64,000 nucleotides of DNA from contig CAXXFV010000006.1 in assembly GCA_963674595.2 (NCBI GenBank), positions 317,219 to 381,218 of the forward strand. The letters are read 5' to 3'. Shown one piece after another: positions 33,477-44,460 of this stretch; the first letter of the stretch is position 1; each line of letters starts with the position of its first letter. Origin of the DNA: a bacterium. GTDB taxonomy: Bacteria; Zhuqueibacterota; Zhuqueibacteria; Residuimicrobiales; Krinioviventaceae. The notes beneath the pieces are model-generated. The model made no database searches, was not told where the DNA came from, and saw only the letters and a list, made by a program, of their open reading frames with translations. The position numbers and the translations under genes are program-made.

Positions 33477-34838
33477 ATGACTGATTATGTCTCTGGTTTT
33501 ATGTCCGAAGTAAAGGCAAAAAATCCCAATGAGCCCGAATTTCTTCAGGCAGTTCATGAAGTTTCTGAATCAATTGCTCTAGTTTATGATAAACATCCGG
33601 AATACCGTGCTGCAAAAGTATTTGAACGTATGATAGAACCCGAACGTCTTATAATGTTTCGCGTTCCCTGGGTGGATGATCAAGGTGAAATACAAATAAA
33701 TCGTGGTTTTAGAATTGAAATGAACAGCGCAATCGGGCCATATAAAGGTGGTTTGCGTTTTCATCCTTCTGTTAATCTCAGTATTTTAAAATTTTTGGCT
33801 TTTGAACAGGTATTTAAAAACAGTTTAACTTCTTTGCCTATGGGTGGCGGTAAAGGTGGTTCAGATTTTGACCCAAAAGGCAAAAGTGATAATGAAGTTA
33901 TGCGTTTCTGTCAAAGTTTTATGAACGAATTATATCGACATATCGGTCCGGATACGGACGTTCCTGCCGGTGATATTGGTGTCGGCGGTCGTGAAATCGG
34001 CTTTTTATTTGGTCAATACAAAAAAATTGTTAATCAATTTACAGGCGTATTAACCGGTAAAGGAATTAACTGGGGTGGATCACTTATTCGTCCCGAAGCG
34101 ACCGGTTATGGTGCTGTATATCTTGCCGCTGAAATGCTGACAACTCGCGGCGAAACGATGGAAAATAAGGTGTGTCTGGTTTCCGGTTCAGGAAATGTTG
34201 CTCAATATACGGTTGAGAAATTATTAGACCTCGGTGGAAAACCGGTAACACTTTCAGATTCCGCTGGTTTTATTTATGATGAAGAGGGTATTGATAGAGA
34301 AAAACTGGCCTTTGTTATGGATTTGAAAAACGTCAGACGCGGACGGATCAAAGAGTATACTGAAAAATTTAAAAGTGCTGTTTACACACCTGTTGATCCG
34401 ACAATTGATTATAATCCACTTTGGGATATAAAAGCTACTTGTGCTTTTCCAAGTGCTACTCAAAATGAGATTAATGAAATAGATGCCAAGAATTTGCTGA
34501 AAAACGGTGTTTACGTTGTCAGTGAAGGTGCAAATATGCCGACTACACCAGATGGCGTTGAACATTTCTTAAATGCCGGAATACTTTACGGGCCTGGCAA
34601 AGCAGCCAATGCCGGTGGCGTTGCTGTTTCCGGTTTGGAAATGACACAAAACAGTATGCGTCTGCCCTGGACACGCGAAGAAGTGGATAATCGTCTTCAT
34701 TTAATTATGAAAAATATTCACAATACCTGTGTTACGATTTCCGAACGTTTTGGTGTTCCCGGAAATTACGTTATCGGTGCCAACATTGGCGGTTTTTTAA
34801 AGGTTGCTGATGCCATGATGGACCAGGGTGTTGTATAA
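33477..34838 (+). CDS. gdhA: NADP-specific glutamate dehydrogenase
   Basis: GPYKGGLRFH, GGGKGG, DVPAGDIGV, RPEATGYG and GSGNVA. Confidence 0.96.
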   Translation: MTDYVSGFMSEVKAKNPNEPEFLQAVHEVSESIALVYDKHPEYRAAKVFERMIEPERLIMFRVPWVDDQGEIQINRGFRIEMNSAIGPYKGGLRFHPSVNLSILKFLAFEQVFKNSLTSLPMGGGKGGSDFDPKGKSDNEVMRFCQSFMNELYRHIGPDTDVPAGDIGVGGREIGFLFGQYKKIVNQFTGVLTGKGINWGGSLIRPEATGYGAVYLAAEMLTTRGETMENKVCLVSGSGNVAQYTVEKLLDLGGKPVTLSDSAGFIYDEEGIDREKLAFVMDLKNVRRGRIKEYTEKFKSAVYTPVDPTIDYNPLWDIKATCAFPSATQNEINEIDAKNLLKNGVYVVSEGANMPTTPDGVEHFLNAGILYGPGKAANAGGVAVSGLEMTQNSMRLPWTREEVDNRLHLIMKNIHNTCVTISERFGVPGNYVIGANIGGFLKVADAMMDQGVV

Positions 34839-34855
34839 TAAATAGTTATGATAAT

Positions 34856-34886
34856 AATCGGGATACTTTGTATCCCGATTTGGTTT
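34856..34886 (+). terminator. Probable rho-independent terminator after gdhA
   Basis: AATCGGGATAC-TTT-GTATCCCGATT stem followed by TGGTTT. Confidence 0.6.
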
Positions 34887-34928
34887 AATTATATTACTGA
34901 CTGACGATAACTAGGTTACAAGCGTTTT

Positions 34929-37900
34929 ATGCAAAAAAATTTTAAAAACGCATTGCCGCATTCTGATCCATTATGGGTCGAGCATGGATATGGGACGCGT
35001 TTCCAGGGGTTTCAGAATTTAATGCGATTGCGAATTCGCGATATTCTTCTAGTCTCCAGTTTATATGATTTGTACGTTTTTGAAGAAGACGGCCGGCTTT
35101 ATGAATTATTACGGGAAAAGTACCAGGGTTTAAACCTCAGCCATGTGCCTGAATTAACACGGGTATCTAGCGGGAAAGAAGCCATTGCCCTTGCAAAAGA
35201 GGAAAGACGGTTTGACCTTATTATCACAACGCTGCATATTGAAGATATGCCGGTGGTTAAATTTTCTCAAATGATTCGGGATTTGAATATTGATATTCCA
35301 ATTGTTCTTCTAGCATTCGATAATCGTGAACTCGTTGAAATGTTACGCCATGAAGAAACTCTGGCCTTTGACAGGATTTTCATCTGGCAGGGTGATTTTC
35401 GTTTGCTGCTCGCAATTATTAAACATCTGGAAGACAAGTTAAATGTCGATCATGACACTCATCTTGTCGGTGTTCAATCTATTATTCTAATTGAGGATAA
35501 CATTCGTTATTATTCCTCATTTTTGCCGATGATTTATCTGGAAATTATGAAACAGTCGCAGCGGCTTATATCCGAGGGCATTAATCTTTCTCATAAACAG
35601 CTTAGGCAGCGTGCACGGCCCAAAATTTTATTGTGCACAAATTATGAAGAAGCCTGGGATTATTATGAAAATTACCAGGATACGATCCTGGGCATTATCT
35701 CAGATATTGATTTTCCTAAAAATGGTAAACCTGATCCAGAGGCGGGAATTATATTTGCCAAAGAAGTAAAAAAGCAGCACCCGGATATTCCGGTTTTACT
35801 TCACTCCACATTGCCCAGTAATGCTGAGAAAGCAAAGGAAACAGGCGCCTGTTTTTTATTAAAAAATTCCCCAACTCTGTTGCACGAGCTTCGTGAATTT
35901 ATGATGGAAAACCTCAGTTTTGGTGATTTTGTTTTCAAAACACCGGAAGGAGTTGAAGTTGCCAGGGCAAATGATCTCATTTCATTGGAAAATTTGATTA
36001 AAATTGTGCCGCCTCAGAGCCTCAAATATCACGCTGAAAGAAATCATTTTTCAAATTGGCTTAAAGCCCGAACAGAATTTTGGCTGGCGCATAAATTACG
36101 TCCGCGTAAAGTATCTGATTTTCCAAATCTTGAGGAGATGAGAAACGATCTTATTAAAGCATTAAAAGACTATCGCAAACTCAGACAACGGGGCATTATT
36201 ACTGATTTTCAAAAACAATCTTTTGATCCGAGCAGCAGCATTTCCCGCATAGGCGGCGGTTCATTAGGCGGGAAAGCAAGAGGTTTGAGCTTTGTTAATA
36301 TTTTAATAAACAACTATAATGTCCATAATCGTTTGGAAGGTGTACAAATATCCATTCCGCCGGCAATTGTTATCGGAACTGATATTTTCGATCAGTTTTT
36401 AGATGATAATGATTTGAGAAGTTTTGCTTTAAACCAAGATGATGACGACAAAATTTTGGAAGAGTTTTTAAAGGCACGTAAATTCCCGGCTGAAATTTTG
36501 GGAGAGCTTGCTGCTTTTCTTGATATTATTACAACACCTATTGCCGTACGTTCTTCCAGCCTTTTAGAGGATTCCCATAATAATCCTTTTGCCGGAATAT
36601 ATAAAACCTATATGCTGCCGAATTCTCATCCGGATTCAATGTCGCGCCTGGCAGAGTTGTTAAAAGCCATCAAACGTGTTTACGCTTCTACATTTATGCA
36701 ATCTGCCAAAGACTATATCAAGGCTACATCTTTCAGACTTGAAGAAGAAAAAATGGCGGTAATTGTACAAAAAATGGTTGGTTCCGACCATAAGGACCGT
36801 TTTTACCCGAATTTTTCAGGTGTCGCTCGTTCTTATAATTTTTATCCTGTTGCACCGCAGAAATTTTCAGATGGTATCACGTCGGTAGCCCTGGGATTAG
36901 GGAAAATGGTTGTTGAGGGAGGTTCTGCTATACGGTTTTGCCCCAAATATCCGACACATATAGAGCAGCTTTCAACAATTAAGAATGCCCTTGAAAATTG
37001 TCAAAAAGAATTTTATGCCTTAAATTTAAACGGAATCGTCGATAACCGACATGAAATGCAGGATTATTTTGTAAAATCCTTTCCAATTAAAAAAGCAGAA
37101 GAAGATCAAACACTGCAATATGTTGCCTCTACTTATTCACCTGAAAATGATGCTATTTACGAAGGTATTTCAAAAGCCGGAGCGCGTTTGGTCTCTTTTG
37201 CCCCCATACTAAAAAGTAAAATATTTCCATTAGCTGAAATCGTCCAGCTTTTACTCGACATGGGAAGTTGGGGCATGGGCACGCCGGTGGAAATAGAGTT
37301 TGCCGTTAATTTAGATGTGCCGGCGGGACAACCAAAGGAATTTGGGCTGTTACAAATGCGACCTATGGTTTTAAACAGGGAACTTGAGGTTTTAAATCTT
37401 GATCATTTTAAAAAGAAAGACCTTATTTGTTCAAGCACCAAGGTCCTTGGTAACGGCATTATTGATAATATTTATGATATTGTATTGGTTGACCGGGATA
37501 AATTCGACAGATCACAAAGCCGGATTGTCGCCAGAGAAATAAGTCAATATAACGGCAAATTAAATAAAGAAAACCGGCCCTATCTTCTTATCGGCGTAGG
37601 GCGTTGGGGAAGTTTGGACCCCTGGTTGGGAATCCCTGTAACCTGGGGACAAATTTCAGGTGCCCGTGTTATTATTGAAGCAGGATTTAAAGATTTTACT
37701 GTTATGCCGTCTCAAGGTTCGCATTTTTTTCAGAATTTACAAGCGCTTATGGTTGGTTACTTTACGGTTAAATCTGATGATTCCGCCAGTTTTGTCGACT
37801 GGAATTGGTTATTGGAAAAAGAACCGTTAAGCAAAAATGAATACACAAGTTTAATTAGATTTAAAAAACCTGTAATTATTAAAATGAATGGCTCTCACAA

Positions 37901-37940
37901 CAAGGGAGTCATCATCAAACCGGAGAGTAATGGTGAGTAA
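34929..37940 (+). CDS. Receiver-domain / PPDK-N (PEP synthase-like nucleotide-binding) fusion protein
   Basis: Two N-terminal receiver-like domains, then GGKARGL, AVRSSSLLED, FAGIY, IEFA and LLQMRP ATP-grasp motifs, and a C-terminal SQGSHFF. No PEP-utilising barrel. Confidence 0.85.
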   Translation: MQKNFKNALPHSDPLWVEHGYGTRFQGFQNLMRLRIRDILLVSSLYDLYVFEEDGRLYELLREKYQGLNLSHVPELTRVSSGKEAIALAKEERRFDLIITTLHIEDMPVVKFSQMIRDLNIDIPIVLLAFDNRELVEMLRHEETLAFDRIFIWQGDFRLLLAIIKHLEDKLNVDHDTHLVGVQSIILIEDNIRYYSSFLPMIYLEIMKQSQRLISEGINLSHKQLRQRARPKILLCTNYEEAWDYYENYQDTILGIISDIDFPKNGKPDPEAGIIFAKEVKKQHPDIPVLLHSTLPSNAEKAKETGACFLLKNSPTLLHELREFMMENLSFGDFVFKTPEGVEVARANDLISLENLIKIVPPQSLKYHAERNHFSNWLKARTEFWLAHKLRPRKVSDFPNLEEMRNDLIKALKDYRKLRQRGIITDFQKQSFDPSSSISRIGGGSLGGKARGLSFVNILINNYNVHNRLEGVQISIPPAIVIGTDIFDQFLDDNDLRSFALNQDDDDKILEEFLKARKFPAEILGELAAFLDIITTPIAVRSSSLLEDSHNNPFAGIYKTYMLPNSHPDSMSRLAELLKAIKRVYASTFMQSAKDYIKATSFRLEEEKMAVIVQKMVGSDHKDRFYPNFSGVARSYNFYPVAPQKFSDGITSVALGLGKMVVEGGSAIRFCPKYPTHIEQLSTIKNALENCQKEFYALNLNGIVDNRHEMQDYFVKSFPIKKAEEDQTLQYVASTYSPENDAIYEGISKAGARLVSFAPILKSKIFPLAEIVQLLLDMGSWGMGTPVEIEFAVNLDVPAGQPKEFGLLQMRPMVLNRELEVLNLDHFKKKDLICSSTKVLGNGIIDNIYDIVLVDRDKFDRSQSRIVAREISQYNGKLNKENRPYLLIGVGRWGSLDPWLGIPVTWGQISGARVIIEAGFKDFTVMPSQGSHFFQNLQALMVGYFTVKSDDSASFVDWNWLLEKEPLSKNEYTSLIRFKKPVIIKMNGSHNKGVIIKPESNGE

Positions 37941-38124
37941 TCGTGAAAAAGTTCCGGAAATTTGTCCTCATTGTGGTCGTGAACTTAGTCTTTGGGAGCA
38001 GGTGCTCTTAAGCGTAGATCGTGCGCTTATGTGCAAAGGATGTTGGTATCGAATAATACTTGATGCCTTTGATGATACGAATTCCCTGCCTCCCCAAAAT
38101 GACAACAAGACCAAGGAAAAATAA
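37930..38124 (+). CDS. Small zinc-ribbon protein (64 aa)
   Basis: GGAG RBS and ATG at 37930 overlapping the upstream stop. CPHC...CKGC. Ends 1 bp before the next gene. Confidence 0.7.
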   Translation: MVSNREKVPEICPHCGRELSLWEQVLLSVDRALMCKGCWYRIILDAFDDTNSLPPQNDNKTKEK

Positions 38125-38125
38125 T

Positions 38126-39373
38126 ATGAAATCATATAATTCTTTTGAAATCGCCCAGAACCATGTCTTGCAAGCCGCAAGAAAGCTAAATCTTAATCAG
38201 GCTACAATCGATATGCTGATCTGGCCGCAACGCGAATTCAAGTTTACGCTGCCTGTTAAAATGGATAATGGAGAAACCCGGATTTTTCATGCCTATCGGA
38301 TTCAATATAATCACGCACGGGGACCGGCAAAGGGAGGTATCCGTTTTCATCCGGATGAAACAGTTGATATTATCCGCGCACTGGCGTGCTGGATGACCTT
38401 GAAAACGGCCGTTGTCGACTTGCCATTGGGCGGGGGAAAAGGCGGTGTTATCTGTGATCCCCGTAACATGTCCCTTCGGGAACTGGAGAATTTATCCCGG
38501 GCTTATATTCGGGCTTCGGCTCCTTATTTGGGTATTACCAAAGATGTTCCCGCTCCAGATGTATATACAAATCCTCAAATAATGGCCTGGATGATGGATG
38601 AATATGAAACGATAATAAATCAGCATCACCCGGGTGTCTTGACAGATAAACCCCTGCAGATTGGCGGAACAGAGGGAAGGCGCGATGCCACTGCCCGGGG
38701 AGGTGTCATTACTGTTAGAGAAGCTTGTAAAACAATGGGTATCGACCCTACCGGCACTTTTGCCATACAAGGATTTGGGAACGCAGGACAACGTGCCGCG
38801 TTATTACATCAGGAGCTTTTAGGCGGCGGAAAACTTGTGGCCGTATGCGATTCAAAAGGAGGTTTATACAATCCCAATGGATTGGATGTTAAAGGATTGG
38901 TTCAACATAAGCTCAAAACCGGTTCTGTGGTTGGATTTGAAGGCGCTCAACCTGTTCACCGTGATTCTATTTTGGAAATGGATGTGGATATCCTTTACCC
39001 GGCTGCTTTGGAAAACGCAATTAATGAAAACAATGCCGATAAAATTAAAGCTAAAATAGTCTGTGAGCTTGCCAACGGTCCGACAACACCGGAAGCAGAT
39101 ATAATACTGAATCAGAAAGGAATTCATGTTATACCGGATATTTTAGCAAGTGCCGGCGGCGTGACAGTTTCATATCTTGAAATGGTACAGGACAGTTATT
39201 CCTATTTTTGGGATGAAAAAGAGGTCCATAAACAACTGGATAAAAAGCTGACAGATGCTTATCACACTGTTAAAGAAGCTATAAGGGAAGAAAAGGTATA
39301 CCCGCGCATGGCGGCGACAATTGTAGGTGTTGCTCGTGTTGCTGAAGCATGTGAGTTGAGGGGATGGGTGTAA
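38126..39373 (+). CDS. Glu/Leu/Phe/Val dehydrogenase (second GDH-family protein)
   Basis: GPAKGGIRFH, GGGKGG, DVPAPDV, QGFGNAG, ELANGPTT and GGVTVSY. Confidence 0.92.
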   Translation: MKSYNSFEIAQNHVLQAARKLNLNQATIDMLIWPQREFKFTLPVKMDNGETRIFHAYRIQYNHARGPAKGGIRFHPDETVDIIRALACWMTLKTAVVDLPLGGGKGGVICDPRNMSLRELENLSRAYIRASAPYLGITKDVPAPDVYTNPQIMAWMMDEYETIINQHHPGVLTDKPLQIGGTEGRRDATARGGVITVREACKTMGIDPTGTFAIQGFGNAGQRAALLHQELLGGGKLVAVCDSKGGLYNPNGLDVKGLVQHKLKTGSVVGFEGAQPVHRDSILEMDVDILYPAALENAINENNADKIKAKIVCELANGPTTPEADIILNQKGIHVIPDILASAGGVTVSYLEMVQDSYSYFWDEKEVHKQLDKKLTDAYHTVKEAIREEKVYPRMAATIVGVARVAEACELRGWV

Positions 39374-39376
39374 AGA

Positions 39377-39721
39377 TTATTGTTTTACAGGCACATAAAG
39401 AATGGTGCCTGTAGCAAGTTTGCTTGTATTTGTAAGTGAATTTAAAAGCTTTAAATAGCGGCATGAAACGTGGTATTGATTGGCAACTTCAACAAAATCT
39501 TCATTTTGTGCTAATTTATGAATTTTACATTTAACCGGAGTGTTACGGTAATACTTTGTAACCGTAACAGACGATTCTGCAATATTTTTAATTGTTTGCC
39601 CCGGATTGGTTTGTTGCAATTTTTCGTTTAGTAATGGTATTTCAGAACCATTATTATAATATTGCATAAACAGAAAAATAACGATTACAAGGGCAAATGC
39701 TATAAATAGATTTTTTGACAT
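39377..39721 (-). CDS. Membrane-anchored LysM-domain protein
   Basis: N-terminal TM segment and a C-terminal LysM-like HKLAQNEDFVEVANQYHVS..LKLLN......LATGTILYVP. Confidence 0.6.
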   Translation of the reverse strand: MSKNLFIAFALVIVIFLFMQYYNNGSEIPLLNEKLQQTNPGQTIKNIAESSVTVTKYYRNTPVKCKIHKLAQNEDFVEVANQYHVSCRYLKLLNSLTNTSKLATGTILYVPVKQ

Positions 39722-39850
39722 ATGAAAAATAAATGTAAATCCATTGGATAACATTTAGAGTTCCATTTTGTATTTAGATTATACTTTTGAATATAAGTTA
39801 ATGTAAAAATAATAAATTGTCAAGTCTCAAAAATAACTTTAGGTAAAAGA

Positions 39851-42655
39851 GTGAAAAAAAATCTTATTTCAGCCATTATTTTTACGTTTTTTAACATTAT
39901 CAATGTTTTTGGCGTAGAAAATAATAAACTTTCGGACAATTTACCGGTTAATCAGCAAACTATATTCGGCAAGCTGGATAACGGTATACAGTACTATATC
40001 CGTAAAAATACAAGACCGGAAAACAGAGCGGAACTGCGGCTTGTGGTAAATGCCGGTTCTATTTTAGAAGATGACGATCAACAGGGTTTGGCCCATTTTG
40101 TTGAACACATGGCTTTTAACGGCACAAAGAACTTTGAAAAACACCAGCTTGTTGATTACCTGGAATCGATCGGAATGAAATTCGGTCCTGAAATTAATGC
40201 CTATACAAGTTTTGATGAAACTGTTTATATGCTGCAAATATCCACGGATTCTGTTGAAATTATGGATAAGGCTTTTCAAATTTTGGCGGATTGGTCTTGT
40301 AATATCAGTTTTAATTCTGATGAAATTGAAAAAGAACGTGATGTTATTATTGAAGAGTGGCGTCAGGGTCGTGGTGCTGAAGCCAGAATGAGAGACAAAC
40401 ATTTTCCCGTTCTTTTTAAAGATTCACAATATGCCAAAAGATTAGTTATTGGAAAAAAAGAAATTATAGAATCCTGTTCGCCGGAACGTTTGATACAGTT
40501 TTATAAGGATTGGTACCGTCCGGATTTAATTTCAATTGTAGCAGTCGGTGATTTTGAACCGGAACAAATTACACAATTGATCCGTGAAAAATTTTCCGGT
40601 ATTCAGCAAAAATCAGATCGAAAACGATTAACCTATCCGGTTCCAAACCATGAAAACACATTGTATTCTATTGTTACTGATCCTGAAGCTTCACAATCTC
40701 GTGTAAGTGTGTATTACAAGCGGGATGTCAAAGATATTTTAACTGTTTCTGATTACCGGGATGATATGGTCAGCTCCATTTTTCAGGACATGTTTAACCA
40801 GCGGCTTTCCGAACTGACAAGTCAGGCTGATCCACCTTACATTTATGCTTATTTTGTACAGGGTCGGTATGTCAGAACCAAGGATGTTTTTTTATTAAGC
40901 GCGGCTGTTAAAGAAACCGGTACGGAGCGGGGTTTGCACGTATTATTAACAGAAGCGGCGCGGGTGCAAAAATATGGTTTTACCCAAAATGAACTTGAAA
41001 GAAGTAAATTATCCACTCTACGTTCCATGGAAAAATTGTATAATGAACGGGATAAAACCGAATCCCGTTCTTTGGCTTCGGAACTGGTGCGGCATATTTT
41101 AGAAAATGAACCGATACCTGGAATTGATATTGAATATGATTTATATAAAAGTTATATCCCGGCCATAACCCTGCAGGAAGTTAATAGTTTGGCAAAAGAA
41201 TTAATTCAGCAGAACAATCGGGCTATTCTGGTCAATTTGCCGGAAAAAGATGACCTTAAAGTGCCTTCCGAGGCGGATTTTGAGAAAGTGACTGCTCAAA
41301 TAGATGATCAGGAAATTCTTCCCTATGATGATCAAACACTGGATGAACCCTTGATTGCAGAGTTGCCTCCCGCAGGCCAAATTCTCTTAAAAAAATCAAT
41401 AAGGGATATTGGCGTGGAAGAGTGGACATTGTCTAACGGTGTTAAAGTTGTATTAAAACAAACGGATTTTAAAAACGATCAAATTTTATTCAGTGCTTTC
41501 AGTCCCGGTGGTCACTCGCTTGTTCCGGATTCATCCTATGTAGCTGCATTAACAACAGACGCTCTCATTCAGGAGAGCGGAGTCGGTAAATTTAATAAAA
41601 TACAACTTGAAAAAAAACTGGCCGGAAAAATAGTAAATGTAGAACCTTATATAAATTCTATGCATGAAGGATTTTATGGCGATGCCGTGCCCCAGGATTT
41701 TGAAACCTTGTTTAAGCTGGTTCATCTATATTTTACTTCACCTCGTATGGACAGCACCACCTTTTCTAGTTATAAAAACCGGCTGACCGCCTATATTAAA
41801 AATAAAAGTGCCGATCCTGTTTCAGTATATAAAGATTCTATTAGAGTTATTTTATCCAATTATCACTTTAGATCACGTCCTTATTCAGTCGAGTTCTTGC
41901 AGGAAATGGATCTGAATAAATCTTTTCAAATTTTTAAGGACCGGTTTGCAGATGCCGGCGATTTTACCTTCTTTTTTGTCGGTGCTTTTAATACTGATTC
42001 GCTGGAATTATATTCAAAAAACTATTTGGCTAATCTGCCTTCCATAAAAAGGAATGAAAACTGGAAAGACAATGACATCTATCCGCCCAAAGGAGTTGTT
42101 GAGAAAAATATTTACAAGGGATTGGAGCCAAAGAGCAAAGTCCGGATAATTTTTACAGGTCCCTATGACTGGAATTTGCAAAACAACTATATCCTGGAAT
42201 CTATGATTGATGCATTGGATATTAAACTGCGGGAGGTTGTTCGTGAAGACAAAGGCGGCACCTATAGTGTATCTGTTGCAGCTTCAAAAACACAATTTCC
42301 GCATCCCGAATATGAAATTCATATCTCCTTTGGATGTGATCCGGAAAGAGTGCAGGAGCTAACGGATACTATTTTTACTCAAATCGACAGTTTGGGAGAT
42401 TATGAATTAAAAGATATTTATCTTGATAAAGTGACCCGGACACAAATCAGAGAGTTTGAAACAGATTTGCGGGAAAACAATTTTTGGCTGTCACAGCTAT
42501 CAAGTTATTATTTTAACAGTGTTGATCCAACACTCATACCGGATTACAAAAAAAGAATTGACACGTTAACACTGGAACAAATTCGTAAAGCTGTTAAAAA
42601 ATATTTTAATACGAAAAATTATATTCAGGTTAATTTATTTCCTGAAAAAAATTAA
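39851..42655 (+). CDS. M16-family zinc protease (PqqL-like)
   Basis: Signal peptide, the inverted zinc motif HFVEH, NAYTSFDET and four-domain length (934 aa). Confidence 0.93.
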   Translation: MKKNLISAIIFTFFNIINVFGVENNKLSDNLPVNQQTIFGKLDNGIQYYIRKNTRPENRAELRLVVNAGSILEDDDQQGLAHFVEHMAFNGTKNFEKHQLVDYLESIGMKFGPEINAYTSFDETVYMLQISTDSVEIMDKAFQILADWSCNISFNSDEIEKERDVIIEEWRQGRGAEARMRDKHFPVLFKDSQYAKRLVIGKKEIIESCSPERLIQFYKDWYRPDLISIVAVGDFEPEQITQLIREKFSGIQQKSDRKRLTYPVPNHENTLYSIVTDPEASQSRVSVYYKRDVKDILTVSDYRDDMVSSIFQDMFNQRLSELTSQADPPYIYAYFVQGRYVRTKDVFLLSAAVKETGTERGLHVLLTEAARVQKYGFTQNELERSKLSTLRSMEKLYNERDKTESRSLASELVRHILENEPIPGIDIEYDLYKSYIPAITLQEVNSLAKELIQQNNRAILVNLPEKDDLKVPSEADFEKVTAQIDDQEILPYDDQTLDEPLIAELPPAGQILLKKSIRDIGVEEWTLSNGVKVVLKQTDFKNDQILFSAFSPGGHSLVPDSSYVAALTTDALIQESGVGKFNKIQLEKKLAGKIVNVEPYINSMHEGFYGDAVPQDFETLFKLVHLYFTSPRMDSTTFSSYKNRLTAYIKNKSADPVSVYKDSIRVILSNYHFRSRPYSVEFLQEMDLNKSFQIFKDRFADAGDFTFFFVGAFNTDSLELYSKNYLANLPSIKRNENWKDNDIYPPKGVVEKNIYKGLEPKSKVRIIFTGPYDWNLQNNYILESMIDALDIKLREVVREDKGGTYSVSVAASKTQFPHPEYEIHISFGCDPERVQELTDTIFTQIDSLGDYELKDIYLDKVTRTQIREFETDLRENNFWLSQLSSYYFNSVDPTLIPDYKKRIDTLTLEQIRKAVKKYFNTKNYIQVNLFPEKN

Positions 42656-42670
42656 GTGCAAGGAGAGCTT

Positions 42671-43054
42671 ATGGCCGTTGTTGATCATTTTGCATTTCAG
42701 GTAGCCGATTTGGATAAATCTCTGGAATTTTATTGTGATTCTTTAGGCTGGCCTTTTTTATTTCGTAAAAGAGATGATGAACACCAGGAAGAGTTTGCTT
42801 ATATTGATTTAGAAGGAGGGAAGCTGGAATTACTGGCAAGTCTGAATGAAAAAGAACCTTTTACTCAAAAGACTCGTCCGTCAAATTGTCCTCACCTTGC
42901 TATCAGAACAGATTCTATGGACGAACTAGTTCAGGATCTGAGCGACAAAAATGTAAATATTTTTAAAGGTCCTTTTGAAATTGAAAAAATGGTTAAATGG
43001 CTTTACATTGCCGATCCGGATAAAAATATAATTGAATTTGTGCAATGGTTCTAG
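42671..43054 (+). CDS. VOC/glyoxalase-family protein
   Basis: DHFAFQVADLDKSLEFY, HLAI and DPDKNIIEF. Confidence 0.88.
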   Translation: MAVVDHFAFQVADLDKSLEFYCDSLGWPFLFRKRDDEHQEEFAYIDLEGGKLELLASLNEKEPFTQKTRPSNCPHLAIRTDSMDELVQDLSDKNVNIFKGPFEIEKMVKWLYIADPDKNIIEFVQWF

Positions 43055-43193
43055 TTTTTCCAGAGAAATTAAGAAGGTAAAAGATATTAAAATTTGTTCT
43101 TTTTTTCTTCACAATAAATTAATATATTTGCGTTTTAATATCTCATCATTTTAACCACGTTCAATAAAATAATATATTTTATGGAGAAAAAAA

Positions 43194-44453
43194 ATGTCCA
43201 AAAAAGTTAATAAAGTTGTACTTGCATATAGCGGAGGCCTTGATACATCTGTTATCATTCCCTGGTTGAAAGAAAATTATGGATGTGAAGTTATAGCCTT
43301 TGCTGCTGATTTAGGTCAGGATGAAGAACTTGACGGTCTGGAAGAAAAAGCGATCGCGACCGGTGCTTTGAAATGTTATATTGAAGATTTGAGAAAACCT
43401 TTTATTGAAGAATATATTTGGCCTACCTTAAAAGCAAGTGCAATGTATGAAGAAACATATTTGTTAGGGACTTCTTTTGCACGTCCTTTAATTGCAAAAC
43501 GACAGGTGGAAATTGCAGAAGCAGAAGGTGCTGACGCCGTTGCTCACGGATGTACCGGAAAAGGGAATGATCAGGTACGATTTGAATTGACATACAAAGC
43601 CTTTAATCCGAAATTAAAAGTCATAGCTCCCTGGCGAGAATGGGATATTCGTTCCCGTGAAGACGCAATTGCTTATGCGGAAGAGAGAAAGATTCCCATA
43701 ACAGCTTCAAAAGAAAAAATATATTCTAACGATAGAAATATCTGGCACATAAGCCACGAAGGCGGAGACCTTGAAAATCCCTGGAACCTGCCAAAAGATG
43801 AAATGTTTGTCTTGTCAAAATCACCGGAACAAGCGCCCGATAAACCAACTTTTGTTGAAGTTGAATTTGAAAAAGGCGTTCCCATTGGTGCTGATGGTCA
43901 GAGAATGGATTCAGTCTCTTTGTTAAAATATTTGAACAAAATCGGTGGTGATAATGCAATCGGCCGGGTTGATATTGTGGAAAACAGACTGGTCGGTATG
44001 AAATCACGTGGTGTATATGAAACACCGGCCGGTACAATTCTTTATAATGCTCATCGTGAAATTGAAATGCTGGTTCTTGATAAAGCCACCCTGCATTTTA
44101 AAGAAATGATTGCCCCCAAATATGCTGAATTGGTTTACAACGGTGAATGGTTTACACCTTTACGTGAATCGCTTGATGCCTTTGTCGAAAAAACACAGGA
44201 AAACGTTACCGGAACCGTCAGATTCAAACTCTATAAGGGAAATTGCATTGTTGCGGGACGTAAGTCACCCTATTCTCTGTATCGTGAAGAACTGGCAACA
44301 TTTGGTAAAGAAGATGTTTATGACCAGGCAGATGCCAAAGGTTTTATTAATCTTTTCGGTTTGCCCTTAAAGGTTCGTTCGCTCGTTGAAATGGATTGGG
44401 GCAAAAGACCGCCATACTCTGAACCGGATTACAGCATATTTAAAAGGGACTAG
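43194..44453 (+). CDS. argG: Argininosuccinate synthase
   Basis: [23 protein letters not shown] and KSRGVYETP. Confidence 0.97.
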   Translation: MSKKVNKVVLAYSGGLDTSVIIPWLKENYGCEVIAFAADLGQDEELDGLEEKAIATGALKCYIEDLRKPFIEEYIWPTLKASAMYEETYLLGTSFARPLIAKRQVEIAEAEGADAVAHGCTGKGNDQVRFELTYKAFNPKLKVIAPWREWDIRSREDAIAYAEERKIPITASKEKIYSNDRNIWHISHEGGDLENPWNLPKDEMFVLSKSPEQAPDKPTFVEVEFEKGVPIGADGQRMDSVSLLKYLNKIGGDNAIGRVDIVENRLVGMKSRGVYETPAGTILYNAHREIEMLVLDKATLHFKEMIAPKYAELVYNGEWFTPLRESLDAFVEKTQENVTGTVRFKLYKGNCIVAGRKSPYSLYREELATFGKEDVYDQADAKGFINLFGLPLKVRSLVEMDWGKRPPYSEPDYSIFKRD

Positions 44454-44460
44454 TTTTTTT

